Source: Octopus sinensis
Taxonomy: Eukaryota
Length of the DNA: 64,000 bases
NCBI RefSeq assembly: GCF_006345805.1
Contig: NC_043010.1
Coordinates: 10,168,001 to 10,232,000, forward strand
Direction: 5' to 3'
Both the position numbers and the translations under genes were made by a program. The notes under the pieces are model-generated. The model did not search any database, was not told the DNA's origin, and saw nothing but the letters and a program-made list of their open reading frames with translations. Each line of letters begins with the position of its first letter. Position 1 is the stretch's first letter. This document shows positions 49,709 through 63,503 of the stretch, one piece after another.

Positions 49709-49740
<32 letters not shown>

Positions 49741-50749
49741 ATATATAATATATTATATAATATATATATATATTATATATATTATATACATACATATACA
49801 TATGTATTCATATGTGTGTACATGTATATGTGTACAGGTATGTATATTATATGTGAGGAAACGCATACAAACGTGCATGCATAAATATGTTGCTATTTAA
49901 ATATTACAGTAAACATCACAACAAAACAATCTCTTGAGGTAAGTTATGGTTTTGCTTGCATAAAGTATAAGTTGTCTGGAATATTCCCACAAGAACCCAA
50001 AAAAGGTAACTTAAATTGTGTGTTTGAAACAGCTGTTAGTGCATGTGTTACATGCAAGGAACATAAAGATAAGTATTTTCATTATAACTATAACATGTTA
50101 TCTCAAAATATATTCAAGCAACAGATATTTCAAGGGAAACATGTTCAAATTATAAATTGAATGATTGCAAGCGTGTAACACAGAGTACTGGAGTTATGAG
50201 CTTTTCAGGTGTAAATTATTAAAGAATATTCCTTGCTTGCATATTGAATTCTGTAATTTATCACTCTTAGGGAATCACAGCAATTTTATATATATGTGTA
50301 TAAAAAATTTTTATATATATATGTGTATAAAAAATCGATTTCACCTTCGAAACGAAAAAAAAAAAAAAAAATCGGTTTCACCTTCGAAACGTAGAGTAGA
50401 TGAAACCATGGTGACTGAAGAAGGGTTTTTTTCCTTGTGTTATTTGTCCTGTACACTTTTTATATTTTTTTTAAGAAAAATGTCCAGTTCCTTGGGTTTT
50501 TGTCTATGTTTTCGTTTCTCATTGTGTTCGACGTTTTTTTTGGTGTCCTGTACTCATATATGCGTGTATATATACATGTAGAGGTAGGTACGTACATATA
50601 TGTATATATATATGCATATGTTTTATTTATTAATATATTATATATATATATTATATATATATATATTATATAAATGTAGATAGCCAGATAAACAGGCAGA
50701 TAGATAGATAGATAGATAAATAGATAGGTAGATAGACAGATAGATAGAC

Positions 50750-50800
<51 letters not shown>

Positions 50801-51115
50801 CAGATAAATAGATAGATAGATAATCATAAAAGGGTATAAGAGGCGAATACAGATTTATCATTTCCTTATGATTTCCATATGATTATAGCTGTTTTGTAAT
50901 CCTTTCCATGGAGTATTATTAACTTCAGCGTTACAAACTATATATCAATACACATGTTTAGCATTATATAATACAGTTATACATTCACAGAGAGTTGTAT
51001 ATAATAGAGAGAACTAACTTGTCTTATAATAGATGGTGGAAGATAATGGATACATCCAAGATACTGGATTCAACTCAACTCTTTTACTTTCTCCCATTAT
51101 CCACCTCCTTCATTT

Positions 51116-51159
<44 letters not shown>

Positions 51160-51202
51160 TATATTAATATACATACATACATATGTGTATATATATACAT
51201 AT

Positions 51203-51241
<39 letters not shown>

Positions 51242-51376
51242 TATATGTATATATATATATATTATAGTATACTTGATATATACATATATATATACATATA
51301 TATTATACTTGGATATATACATATATATATACATATATATATACACATATATATATATATATATGTACATATACAT

Positions 51377-51429
<53 letters not shown>

Positions 51430-51794
51430 ATATATATATTATATATATTATGTGTGTAGTATATGTATATATGTATATATATATAGTTACAGAGAAAGGG
51501 GAGAGAGATGGATAGATAAGTAGATAGACAGATAGATACACACATACATACATACATACATAAAATTGTGCATTGGATTGGTAAGCGGAATCATATTATA
51601 TCCATCTTATAACGAAAGGATTTGTGCCTTTGACTAGATTCTATGTCTAAAAGTTTTATACAATACTAAAGTGGGATATACTTGTCAAAAATGCCATGCA
51701 TGAGCTCAAGCCCACAGCTATAAAGTGTCAAAATGGGCTCCTTACCCACATGGCCACCTTTACACTCAAATAGTTATGGTCTTATTTGGTCAAA

Positions 51795-52125
51795 TCCCGT
51801 GAAGGTGCATGGCTTAGTAGTTAGGGCATTCGGCCCACGACTGTAAGTTTGTGAGTTCAATTCCTGCCGATGCGTTGTATCCTTGAACAAGACACTTTAT
51901 TTCACGTTGCTCCAGACCACTCAGCTGGCAAAAATGAGTTGTACCTGTGTTTCAAAGGGCCGGCCTTTTCACACTCTGTGTCATGCTGAACCTACATAAG
52001 AACCACATTAGGGGTACACGTGTCTGTGGATTGCTCAGCCACTTACATGTTAATTTTATGAGCAAGTTGTTCCGTTGATCATATCAGCTTGGACCCTCGT
52101 CGTTGTAATCGACAGAGTGCTCCTC
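51795..52125 (+). mobile_element. CORE-type tRNA SINE (head D, tail X)
   Basis: GCATGGCTTAGTAGTTAGG head, CORE-like CTTGAACAAGACACTTTATTTCACGTTGCTCCAG, and the same tail as 39084-39465. Confidence 0.8.
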
Positions 52126-52254
52126 TCTGGTCAAATCCATCCCCTGAAAATTTGTCATCTTGCACTAATAGGTGCTGGAATGGCTGTGTGGTAAGAAGCT
52201 TGGTTCCCAACCACATGGTTCCAGGTTCAGTCTCACTGCATGGCACCTTTGGAC

Positions 52255-52510
52255 TGGCCCCTGTGCAGGTGACATGTAAAAAACACCATTTGAGCATGAC
52301 TGAGTACTGCCTGACTGGCCCTCAGGCTAATGGCACGTAAAAGCACCCACTACACTGTCAGAGTGGTTGGCGTTAGGAAGGGCATTCTGATGTAGAAACT
52401 CTGCCAGATCAGATTGGAGCCTGGTGCAGCCATCTGATTCGCCAATCCTCAGTCAAATCGTTTAACCCATGCTAGCATGGAAAGCAGACGTTCAACGATG
52501 ATGATGATAG
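52255..52510 (+). mobile_element. RTE 3' end fragment (after a family A head at 52170-52250)
   Basis: GGCGTTAGGAAGGGCAT...CCCATGCTAGCATGGAAAGCAGACG(T)T...(GAT)n. Confidence 0.8.
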
Positions 52511-52663
52511 AATTTTAAATGTCCATTGTGATTGAACTAGTACTTTCATGCATTAAACTATGCAATCTTCAGGTTTATGTAGCAGTGGTGAAAGTTAAGT
52601 TTTATATTTTACAACTGTAGTGAGATGGCTGAACTGTGTGCCTTAAATACAGTCATATAGGCT

Positions 52664-52697
<34 letters not shown>

Positions 52698-52775
52698 TTT
52701 AAATTGTTTCCGCTTTAAAGCTGTGGTTAAGCTAGGGCACGAGCATACATCTATATATTATGTGTGTGTGTATCA

Positions 52776-52933
52776 GCAGTAGTGGGTGTGTGGTAAGTAG
52801 CTTGCTTACCATCCACATGGTTCCAGGTCCAGTCCCACTAAGTGGTACCTTGGGCAAGTGTCTTCTACTATAGCCTCGGGCCGACCAAAGTCTTGTGAGT
52901 GGATTTGGTAGACAGAAACTGAAAGAAGCCCGT

Positions 52934-52976
<43 letters not shown>

Positions 52977-53294
52977 TATTATATATTATATATATATATA
53001 TATATGTATCTATATATATATTCATATATATATATATATATATAATATATATAGATATGTATATGTGTATGTGCGTGTATATATTTGTGTGTCTGTGTTT
53101 GTTCCCCTAGCATTGCTTGACAACTGATGCTGGTGAGCTTACATCCCTGTAACTTAGCAGTTCGGCAAAAGAGACTGATAGAATAAGTACAGGCTTACAA
53201 AGAATAAGTCCTGGAGTCGATTTGCTCGACTAAACGGTGGTGCTCCAGCATGGCCACAGTCAAATTACTGAAACAAGTAAAAGAGTAAAGAGAG
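52776..53294 (+). mobile_element. SINE family A with an expanded internal (TA)n
   Basis: Complete layout with a central tract of about 160 bp. Confidence 0.9.
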
Positions 53295-53654
53295 TATAAT
53301 ATATACAGCAAACCTCTTTTTTCGAAAACAGGTTTGGACGGATCATGTATGAAGATTTCTAAAAGTCAAAATGACCTGAATATCTCAACATGATTACAGC
53401 GCCATCTATAATCAAGTAGTGACAGAAACATGCAAGAATTTATTGTGATTAGGTTTTTGAAAGTGGTAAAAGGAAACTGGTTTTAAAAATGAATACCACT
53501 CAAAGAAAAATTTTGAATTCTTTCATTTTTATTTTTTGGGGGGTTTTTGCTTTGTTTGTTTGGTGTCCTTGTTTGTTTCTTTTTTTTTTTAGTTTTTCAA
53601 CTTTTATGTTACTTTTAGATTAACATAATAATAATGAAGTCGGTGGTGGAAGAT

Positions 53655-53955
53655 AATGAAGATGATGATGATGATGATGATGATGATGGTAGTATAACAA
53701 CAACAACAACAACATAACAAAATCAACAATAATACAACCGCAATAACAACAATAAAATAACAACAATAACAACAATAGGATAATGATGATGATGGTGGTG
53801 GTGGCGGTGGTGGTGGCGGTGGTGGTGTTGGTGGTGGTGGTGGTGGTGGGGTGGGTGGTGTGGTGAAATGGTGGGGGGTGGTGGTGGTGGTGGATGGTGG
53901 TGGTGGTGGTGGTGGTGGTGGTGGTGGTGGTGGTTTTGGTGGTGGTGGTGGTGAG
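53655..53955. repeat. (GAT)n/(CAA)n/(GGT)n arrays
   Basis: Seen directly; the source of the poly-P, poly-T and poly-H ORFs. Confidence 0.9.
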
Positions 53956-54084
53956 AAATAGAAGAGAAGACGAAGACGAAGAAGAAGAAGAAGAAAGAAA
54001 AAGAAGAAAGATAATGTAAATAACAATAAATATAAAAAAAATAAAGATGAAAATTATTAGCAAAGGAAATATTTCCTGCTTTAG

Positions 54085-54150
54085 TTTGGTACTGCCATTG
54101 TCTTTTTAGCATGCATCGTCTTGATCTTCGTTGCACACCGATTCAAATAA
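54085..54150 (+). CDS. Candidate terminal coding exon of a host gene (C-terminal transmembrane helix)
   Basis: Acceptor-like ATTTCCTGCTTTAG, then phase 0 FGTAIVFLACIVLIFVAHRFK*, followed by non-repetitive UTR-like sequence with ATTAAA near 54300. Confidence 0.35.
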   Translation, partial: FGTAIVFLACIVLIFVAHRFK

Positions 54151-54421
54151 AAATTGCATTCTTCCATACTGTGTATACAAGCCACGCTTTCTGCCACCCA
54201 AGGCATACAATTGGTGCACTTTTCACGCAGACTTGGAAGTTTTCCAGTTTCCAATCTATTGCCTCACTAAACACTAAAACATCATTTATTCCAGTCTTTA
54301 TTAAAAAGATAAAAAAAATCCCACTCCCTTCTTTATCTCAACAAAATACCGCTCCCTAATTTTTCATCTCGTTATGTGTCTCGCTCATATATATAGTTTT
54401 ATATTATGTACATATACATAC

Positions 54422-54452
<31 letters not shown>

Positions 54453-54559
54453 ATATATGTATATATATACATAGGAAATATAATATATAAATATACATTG
54501 GTGGTGTATATATATTCATATATTTATATATATATATTGTGTATATATACATACATCAT

Positions 54560-54612
54560 CACATCATCATCGTCGTTTAACGTCCGTTCTCCATGCTAGC
54601 ATGGGTTGGACT
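54560..54612 (-). mobile_element. Very short RTE 3' end
   Basis: CATCATCGTCGTTTAACGTCCGTTCTCCATGCTAGCATGGGTTGGA. Confidence 0.75.
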
Positions 54613-54619
54613 CATCATA

Positions 54620-54681
<62 letters not shown>

Positions 54682-55294
54682 CTATACATGATAGTGTGTG
54701 TGTAATATACACAAATATATAATCAGATATGCATAAAAACTATCTCTCTCCCTTTCTCTCTCTTTTTCTCTTCTCTCTCTCTCTCACTTTCTCCCCCTCT
54801 CTCTTTCTCATACTATTCATCAATCTATCTATCTATCCATTCATTGATCCCTCGTTAGCCCTCTAATTAAATTCATACTTTATCTTGATATTTATTCTAT
54901 ATCACCTTAACATTGTTTTACTTTTATTTGATTTTTTTTTTTCCATATATTTATCTCCGTCTCCCTATGATATGTAGGAAAAAAATTGCTAGGCTTTAAA
55001 AAAAAAGGATATATAAAATATATGAAAATACATAAAAAAATATATACAAGATATATGAAATATATTAATACAAAATAAATAAAGGAACCAGCTATTTTTG
55101 TATTAATTTAGCAATGTTTCTGAGGTTGAAATCTCTATCAATAGTCCTAGTGATAAGCCATTTATATACACCTCAGGAGAATTTATTTCTCACATTTCAC
55201 TGACACTCCCTGCAGTAATATAATAAATCACATAAGCATAAATTTGCATGCTCACATACACATTCACATTCATATATACATACAAACATAGAGG

Positions 55295-55343
<49 letters not shown>

Positions 55344-55707
55344 TATATTTTTAAATCATTTATATTATATAGGCAAGAAATCGTAAAATATGAGTGTTTA
55401 TATATTTACAAATATAACACATGTGTATGTGTGTATATATGTATATATATATGTGTGTGTGTTTACATATATGTATATGTATACATATATATATGTGTAT
55501 ATGTATATAGATATATATATATATGTATATATACACACACATACATGCATATATATGTGTATGTGTGTGTATGTATATATATACATATGCCCACGCAACT
55601 GCACATACATGTGCACACTCACATACATACAAACATATATCATTGTATTATGTATATATTAATTATTTCTGATAATAGGTTACAGGAAAGTCTTTCTTTT
55701 TGCTTTT

Positions 55708-55741
<34 letters not shown>

Positions 55742-56012
55742 ACTCATGTTCTCACTCACATTTACACACACATTTATATACATGCATGCATGCACACAAA
55801 CATACATAGACAGCTACAAACATACATGCAATTACACATAAGTATACACACATGCACACACATACACACTTACAGACACACTAACTGACACATACACTTG
55901 CACATCCACACACACATCTGTTTTAATGATAAGACAACAATAAAATATTTTCGATACTATATTTGATTTTTTGTTTTGAATAGCTTTCTGTTTATTATTA
56001 TTATTATTATTA

Positions 56013-56043
<31 letters not shown>

Positions 56044-56714
56044 TTTTTTTTTTTTTTGCTTTTTATTCTCATCATCTTATATTTCTAAAAAGTATTGTAT
56101 GTTTCTACAGAGGGATTTTTATCTCAAACAGCTTCAGTAAATTGAAATAGAAGAAGGCAGCAAAGGTGAAACCATAATAAGAGAAATTCTTATTATTATT
56201 CTGTATGCTTATTTATTTAAAGACTAAAAGCAGAGCTTAGGTAATATTGACTTTATAGTAACAGTGAATACTAAACTAAATGGTAAACAAGTCTGTATCA
56301 GTATTGATTTCTAATATTGGCACAATGTCAGTGCCATGCTAGACATGGCCATACAGAGCAACTACCCAAGGGACACACCCAGTGCTACTTATCTAATACA
56401 TGGGATTTAATTAGGAAATCAGATTTCTGATTAAATATACCAGGCATAGTATAGGCACAGGACATGGCTGTGTGATAAAAAATTTTTTCCCAATCATAAG
56501 GTTTTGGGTTCAATAACACTGCAGCGTACCTTGGGTTATGGTTTTTTTTTCTATACCTCTGAGTTCACCGAAGCCTTGTGTGAAGATTGGGTGGACAAAA
56601 ATTGAAAGAAGCCAGTGATTCATTATAGTCACTGTACCACACAGTCTATCAGATACTCTCTCATTTACTCTTTTACTTGTTTCAGTCATTTGACTGCGGC
56701 CATGCGGGAGCACC

Positions 56715-56814
56715 NNNNNNNNNNNNNNNNNNNNNNNNNNNNNNNNNNNNNNNNNNNNNNNNNNNNNNNNNNNNNNNNNNNNNNNNNNNNNNNNNNNNNN
56801 NNNNNNNNNNNNNN
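56715..56814. other. Assembly gap (100 N)
   Basis: Run of N; the left flank is a family A SINE tail (-). Confidence 1.
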
Positions 56815-57262
56815 TTGTATGAGTTTTATTTCTATTATTATAGATATTTTTTTTCGTTATTTATTTTGTTGTATTTGTTTTTATTTACAGCTTTCACAAC
56901 ATTGTTTTATGAAGAGAGGGTTATTATTTCCCATCAACACCTTTATGTGTGTTTCTCTCTCTCTCTCTCTCTCTCTCTCATTCTCACCCTGTCTCTACTT
57001 CTCATACCCTTTCCCTCACCTCTGCAAACACGCGCTCACGCACGCACACGCACACACACACATGCACACTTACATACACACATATTTACAATTCACACAA
57101 TGCTTCACCCTAACTATTCTATTTTAAGATATATATATATACATATATACATATATATACATATATATATATATATGTGTGTGTATATATATATATATAC
57201 ATGCATACACACACACAGATACTCCTGCATACACACATACATACATGTATATAGATATGTGC

Positions 57263-57303
<41 letters not shown>

Positions 57304-57328
57304 TATTATATATATATATATACACACA

Positions 57329-57372
<44 letters not shown>

Positions 57373-57584
57373 GTCTATGCATGTATTATTTAAATGTATA
57401 TATAATGGATATATGTGTGTGTGTCTATGTGTGTATATCTATATATATATGTAAAAATATATAATATATATATATATATATTATACACATATATGTACAT
57501 ATTATACATATATATGTGTGTATGTGTATATATAAACGTGTGTGTATCAGTGGGTCTGCTTGTGAGTGTGTGTGTGTGTGTGTA

Positions 57585-57990
57585 TGCAATGTTCCCTGGT
57601 TGCAAATCATGGATATTTTGCGAAAGCTGGAAAGAAATGAGGTGAGCATGCTCCAATGGATGTGTAATATTTATGTGCATGAATGACGGAGCACCAATGA
57701 GCTGAAAGAAAAACTGGGTATAAGAGGAATTAGATTTAGTGTGCATTGGAAGAAAACGGAGTTGCTACGGACACGCGATGCAATGGAGGTTGACAGATGG
57801 GTAAAAATCTGCCAAGTGACCGAAGTGGAAGGAACCTGTGGAAGAGGAAGACATGTGAAGAAGTGTTCGAAAGCCGATCTGAAAATACTGAATCTGACAA
57901 AGAATATGACCAAAGACTTCGGTAATTGGTGAGACGATTTGCAGAAGAAAACACGTTAAAAACCCATGCATGCATGGCAAAATGGATGCA
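57585..57990 (+). pseudogene. Old RTE LINE 3' fragment
   Basis: Decayed RKLERNEVSMLQWMCN...EKLGIRGI...CYGHAM...[10 protein letters not shown], homologous to 2840-3190. Confidence 0.75.
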
Positions 57991-58018
57991 AGAGTTTTTC
58001 TTGTGATATATAGATAGC

Positions 58019-58054
<36 letters not shown>

Positions 58055-58169
58055 ATATATGTATGTATGTATGTATATGTATATGTATATACATATATTT
58101 ATATATATATATTATATATAGTGGTGTACCCCCTACTGTCACGTTTGTGTTAGATTGACAATATACAAC

Positions 58170-58201
<32 letters not shown>

Positions 58202-58503
58202 GTGGTGTGTTGGTGTATAGATATTTATGTGTATATATGTATACATATATATACATATACATACATATGTGTATATATGTTATATACACACATATATATA
58301 TATACATATGTACATAGCATATTCATATATGTATATCTACATATATATATGTATAATATATATATGTATCTATGTATATATATATATATATATATATATA
58401 ATTATATATATATATATATATAATATATATGATATATATACAAATATAATAATTATATATATATATAATATATATATAAATATATATATACATAAATATA
58501 TAC

Positions 58504-58534
<31 letters not shown>

Positions 58535-59170
58535 ATATAAGTAATATATATATATATATATAGTTTTTGCGTGTTTTTATGTTTGTATTATGTTATAATA
58601 TAATGACTTTAAGTTTCATGTAAATGGGCCATATCTCAGATTTTGTAATTGGAGTGAAGATTTTTACCTCAAATAGAGAAGTATGGTCTATTTAGCATGA
58701 AACTTAGTCATGGAAAAGTAGTAATATCTATCTATTATATTATAATAGACTAGCTTCATTTTTTTGATTTATGAAACAAACAACCTAATACAATAGCAAA
58801 ATGCTATCTTAAAGATAGAATATTTGGCTATACATTCAGGTTATGTGATTAATGCCTCTTCATGGCTAAAATGTATAAATACACACACATATGTATACAT
58901 CATGTGTGTGTATGTGTGTGTGAGTGTGTGTTATAATTTTGTTTTATTTCTAGATTCCTTATAAATGGACACAGTAGGTTTCCAGCCTAAACCCAAGGCT
59001 TCTTCATTGGAATTCCAGCAACATTGATAGAGTAGTTGTACGTGTATGTGTGTATATGTGCAAGTATTTGGACTATGCATGTGCAGTTCTGTATTTTTTG
59101 TTTCATGTATGTATACTCATAAATATAGCTTCATGTTCAGACATGTGCATATGTGGTGGTATCAAAAAGT

Positions 59171-59404
59171 AAGGTGGTGAGCTGGCAGAAACGTTAGCAC
59201 GCTGGGCGAAATGCTTAGCGGTATTTCGCCTGCCACTACATTCTGAGTTCAAATTCCGCCAAGGTCGACTTTGCCTTTCATCTTTTCGGGGGTCGATTAA
59301 ATAAGTAGCAGTTATGCACTGGGGTCGATATAATCGATTTAATCCATTTGTCTATCCTTGTTTGTCCCCTCTGTGTTTAGCCCCTTGTGGGTAGTAAAGA
59401 AATA
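59171..59404 (+). mobile_element. SINE family B, full length, with a 13-bp TSD
   Basis: GGTATCAAAAAGT at 59158-59170 and 59405-59417. Confidence 0.93.
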
Positions 59405-59593
59405 GGTATCAAAAAGTCTCCAGACTAGTTCTGCAGCAAACCAACAGATGGCAGCACATGGTCGTATGCACAGTGAGAGCTAGCCGTGACCTTCATAAGG
59501 TTGTGTGCTGAGTGACATTGCTGTGTTTACTTCGCAAGTTGTGAAATTTGTGTTTTTGAGATCATGTGTATGCTGTAGTCTGTGACTTTTGTC

Positions 59594-60241
59594 ATGGACA
59601 GGAAGGTGGAACAAAAACCCAATGCGAAATTTTGCATTCAACTTAGTAAGTCTGCCAAAGCGACATTGAACATGCTTTGGCAGGCTTACAGGGATGAGAC
59701 AATGGGTCATACACAATGTTTTGGGTGGTAGAGGCACTTCAAAAACAGGATAACACTCCTGGAAGACATCGAGAGATTTGGAAGACCTGCCATGAGTGTC
59801 AACCCTAGAAATGTAGTATTGGGCATTGATAATTCTTCCCCCTGGACCAGACTATCAATCGAGAGCTCTACTGCAACGTTTTGAAGTGTCTGTGTGGGGA
59901 CATTCATTGAAAGTAACTGAATCTGTAAAGCTCAAAGAATTAGAATCTCCACCAAGATCATCTCACGAGAGTTTCTCACCAAAAACATAGGATTGCTTCC
60001 ACACCTGCCCTATTCACTAGATTTAGCACCTGCGGTCTTCCATCTCTTCCCCAAGATGAAAATGCAGCTCAAAGGTTACTATTTTAACACTGCTGTCAAG
60101 ATCCAGAGAAAATCACAGAAAGTCCCTGACTCGCTTACAGAAAACAAGTTCTAAGCTGGATTCCAAAAGTAGCAGGAACCCTGGGACTGGTTCATTGCTG
60201 CACAAGGTGACTATTTCGAAGAAAATGATGTGAAAACTTAG
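59594..60241 (+). pseudogene. Mariner transposase remnant
   Basis: MDRKVEQKPNAKFCIQLSKSA...LEDIERFGRP (HTH), GQTINRELYCNVL, PHLPYSLDLAPAVFHLFPKMK, GDYFE. Large deletions and stops. Confidence 0.85.
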
Positions 60242-60814
60242 GTAAATAAGTTAATTTTTATTAAACATAATTAGTCCAGGAACCTTTTGATACCACCACA
60301 TAAATGTTAAACTTTTCGAAAGTTTTAGATATTTTGACAGTTCCATGATGACTTGTATCTGTAGTCTTCTAATAAGGTTTCACCTTTATGGATATTGGAG
60401 GACCCTAATTTCCCAAAATTGATGTGGAGAAAGTTTGTTATATATCCTAGTGCCCTTATATCATATATATGAATGAAATCATGATATTATCGATCCATTA
60501 CAGCCAGCCATACCAATCAGTATTGCACAGCACATCAAAACTGGATGTTAGACTATAATATGGTTAAGTGATGCTATGTTACTTGGTAGGTATAAATAAG
60601 GTGTTATTTTTTTTTATCTCATACCCACAAGCACTAAAGAGTACATGGTATTACTTAACTATGCCATTACCAAACATCTATTTTGATATCCAGTGCAAAA
60701 CTGTAGTGGATTTAAAATATCATATACTTTGTTTAATAAACACATTCTGCAGACAAACATACAGGTGGTGCATATTTTTTTACTTATAGATTCTTAGACA
60801 ATTCTGTGTGTCTT

Positions 60815-60845
<31 letters not shown>

Positions 60846-60850
60846 GTATG

Positions 60851-60885
<35 letters not shown>

Positions 60886-61914
60886 CTGTATAATCATCAT
60901 CATAATCATTTAATATCTGCTTTTCATGATGCTATAAAATATATATAAGTATATATGTATATAGACATGTATATATGTACACACACACACACACATATAT
61001 ATATATATCAAAAGGATGTATTATAATACTATTCCACAGCCATACCAACAATCCAACGTACGTCCATCATCTGCTGCTCCATGGATATCATTATGGTTTC
61101 GACACCTGGGCAGAACCACTCAATCCGGCAGTGACAACAGCCCTAAAATAAGTGTTGGTTGGGAACAAACAAACCAAAGAAGCCACAACTTTCACACACA
61201 TTTACCGTATGTAAAACCGTATCGATAAATAAATTCCGTAAGTGAATTACAACCACTCCTAAATACGTAACTAAACAGTGATAACTTTATTAAGTCATAC
61301 AAAAATTATAATCCCTACTGTCTTCTGTAGTGTAAATATAAAAGTAAAAGCTTAATAACCACATCGTTTCAATCAGGCAGGATTAAACATTAACTTTAAT
61401 AAAACTTACAACAAAGAGACATAAGAACCAATGTACATTGTATCAGTATTAACAGTAAACTGCAATAACTAAATTATGTGGTAAATTGCGATCCATCTTT
61501 AAGTCCATTCAAGTAATAACCCCCCAGGTCTTCCATAGATACTAATATAATGAAAGTTCAAACCTTATAAAATTTCTCCAAAACAAAACATGATAGAAAT
61601 TAATTTAACTAATATTTTTATAAGTGAAATACATTAATTCATCATTGAAAAGTTAATCATGAAACACTACATACTCATTAATATATCACCACTACAAGCT
61701 ATAATATTAAATTACCAGTAACTAATAGAAACATTAAATAGGAACTAATAAAAATACTTATAATTAGCTATTATTATAAACTGTGCTATGTTTAAAGCTA
61801 ATTAAACTGTTTAAAAGATAATAAAACTTTAAGTATTAGCACTTACATGTTTAAATCAGACACACGGTTCCCTCACCAAGAATTTAAACTAACTATTGAT
61901 GACATAGTGCATAA

Positions 61915-62222
61915 CTGGAGGCACAATGGCCCAGTGGTTAGGGCAGTGGACTTGCGGTCAGAGGATCGCGGTTTCGATTCCCAGACAGGGCGTTGTGTTT
62001 ATTGAGCGAAAACACCTAAAGCTTGACGAGGCTCCAGCAAGGGGTGGTGGTGACCCCTGTTGTACTCTTTTGCTCCAACTTTCTCTCATTCTTTCTTCCT
62101 GTTTCTTGAGTACTACTGCAATGGATTGGCGTCCCGTCCAGCTGGGGGGAACACATGCGCCACAGAAACTGGGAAACTGGGCTCATAAGCCTGGCTAGGC
62201 TTGAAAAGGGATGCATAAATAA
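61915..62222 (+). mobile_element. tRNA SINE (head C, tail Y)
   Basis: GGAGGCACAATGGCCCAGTGGTTAGGGC head with an ACTGCAATGGATTGGCGTCCCGTCCAG tail and an (AAAT)n end. Confidence 0.85.
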
Positions 62223-62458
62223 ATAAAAGTGCATACTTACTACTTCCTCAGTGTTCTCAATATTGGTGACAGAGTAAGCGAATAACTCAAATCATAAACC
62301 TTCAAATCCTTACAAATATTTGCTAAGCTGAAGACTAGATATTACCCCATATTCATTTGAAATTTCAAGTTTCCACCTAAACAGTGTTTTAAAAGTTTTA
62401 ACTCATTTACCGTATTGATTCCCTTGTTTTACTAAATATCTTAACAGCTTATTTATTC

Positions 62459-62692
62459 TCTTTCTCTTTCTCTTTTCTCTTTTACTTGTTTCAGTCATTT
62501 GACTGCGGCCATGCTCGAGCACTGCCTTTTTAATCGAGCAACTCGACCCTGGGACTTATTCTTTTGTAAGCCCAGTACTTATTCTATCAGTCTCTTTTGC
62601 CGAACCGCTAAGTAACGGGGACATAAACACACCAGCATCGGTTGTCAAGCAATGCTAGGGGGACAAACACAGACACACAAACACACACACGC

Positions 62693-62748
<56 letters not shown>

Positions 62749-62873
62749 TACGACGAGCTTCTTTCAGTTTCCGTCTACCAAATCCACTCACAAGACTTTG
62801 GTCGGCCCGAGGCTATAGTAGAAGACACTTGCCCAAGTGCCACACAGTGGGACTGAACCCGGAACCATGTGAA
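62459..62873 (-). mobile_element. SINE family A, head-truncated, inserted in the PLE ORF
   Basis: The head stops at CCATGTG, where it merges with PLE sequence. Confidence 0.88.
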
Positions 62874-63360
62874 ATGTGTTAATATTATTAATAATAGTAC
62901 TATATCTAACAATTTTCCTTGCGCAAACACCATAACCAATAAAAGAAAGAATTTTACTACTGAACCATGGCATTGAAGCCACTTGGAAACCCAAATTTTC
63001 TGCTTTATTATAAATGTCAGTACATATTTCATTGTTATCCTTAATTACTAGATTGACATCTAAATAATTAATATTTCTTATATTATTACCATTTCTAGTG
63101 GCTATAAGCTCACTGGGGTATATTTTTCTGAGCAAAAATTCAAAGAAACCATAATTAGGTATAAATATATCATTTATGTTTCTGCAGCATCCATCAGGTT
63201 GTTTAAGCAAATCCAACTTTTTCCTAGCAGATAAGTCTTTAAGAAGAAGGAACTCGCATGAAGAAAGATAAAGGTCCGCCAAAAGAGGGCTACAATAGCC
63301 ACTCATTGGAATTCCCCTAACCTGCTCAAACACTCTACCCACAAACATTACAAACGAATT

Positions 63361-63503
63361 CATCATCATCATCATCATCATCGTTTAACGTCTGCTTTCC
63401 ATGCTAGCATGGGTTGGACGATTTTGACTGAGGGCTGGCGAACCAGATGGCTGCACCAGGCTCCAATCTTGATTTGGCAGAGTTCCTACAGCTGGATGCC
63501 CTT
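63361..63503 (-). mobile_element. RTE 3' end inserted in the PLE ORF
   Basis: (CAT)n GTTTAACGTCTGCTTTCCATGCTAGCATGG...GCTGGATGCCC. Removing it restores FIINNSFVMF. Confidence 0.88.

Larger units (their letters stand above)
59152..60300 (+). mobile_element. Mariner-family transposon, internally deleted
   Basis: TIRs TGTGGTGGTATCAAAAAGTCTCCAGACTAGTT (after removing the SINE) and AATTAGTCCAGGAACCTTTTGATACCACCACA, with TA at 59150-59151 and 60301-60302. Confidence 0.9.

Noticed and set aside
50335-50430. CCTTCGAAACGTAGAG and a downstream CTGAAGAAGGG, with a short direct duplication around a poly-A
   Set aside because: The two halves are in an order and pairing that I cannot fold into a hammerhead. 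It is possibly a related element but is unsupported.
53790-53955. (GGT)n G-quadruplex potential
   Set aside because: It is a generic property of the microsatellite with nothing locus-specific.
58965-59015. Minus-strand AUGAAGA AGCC-loop-GGCU GGAAAC...GUC
   Set aside because: C3 is missing, there is an extra G, and stems I and III do not pair convincingly.
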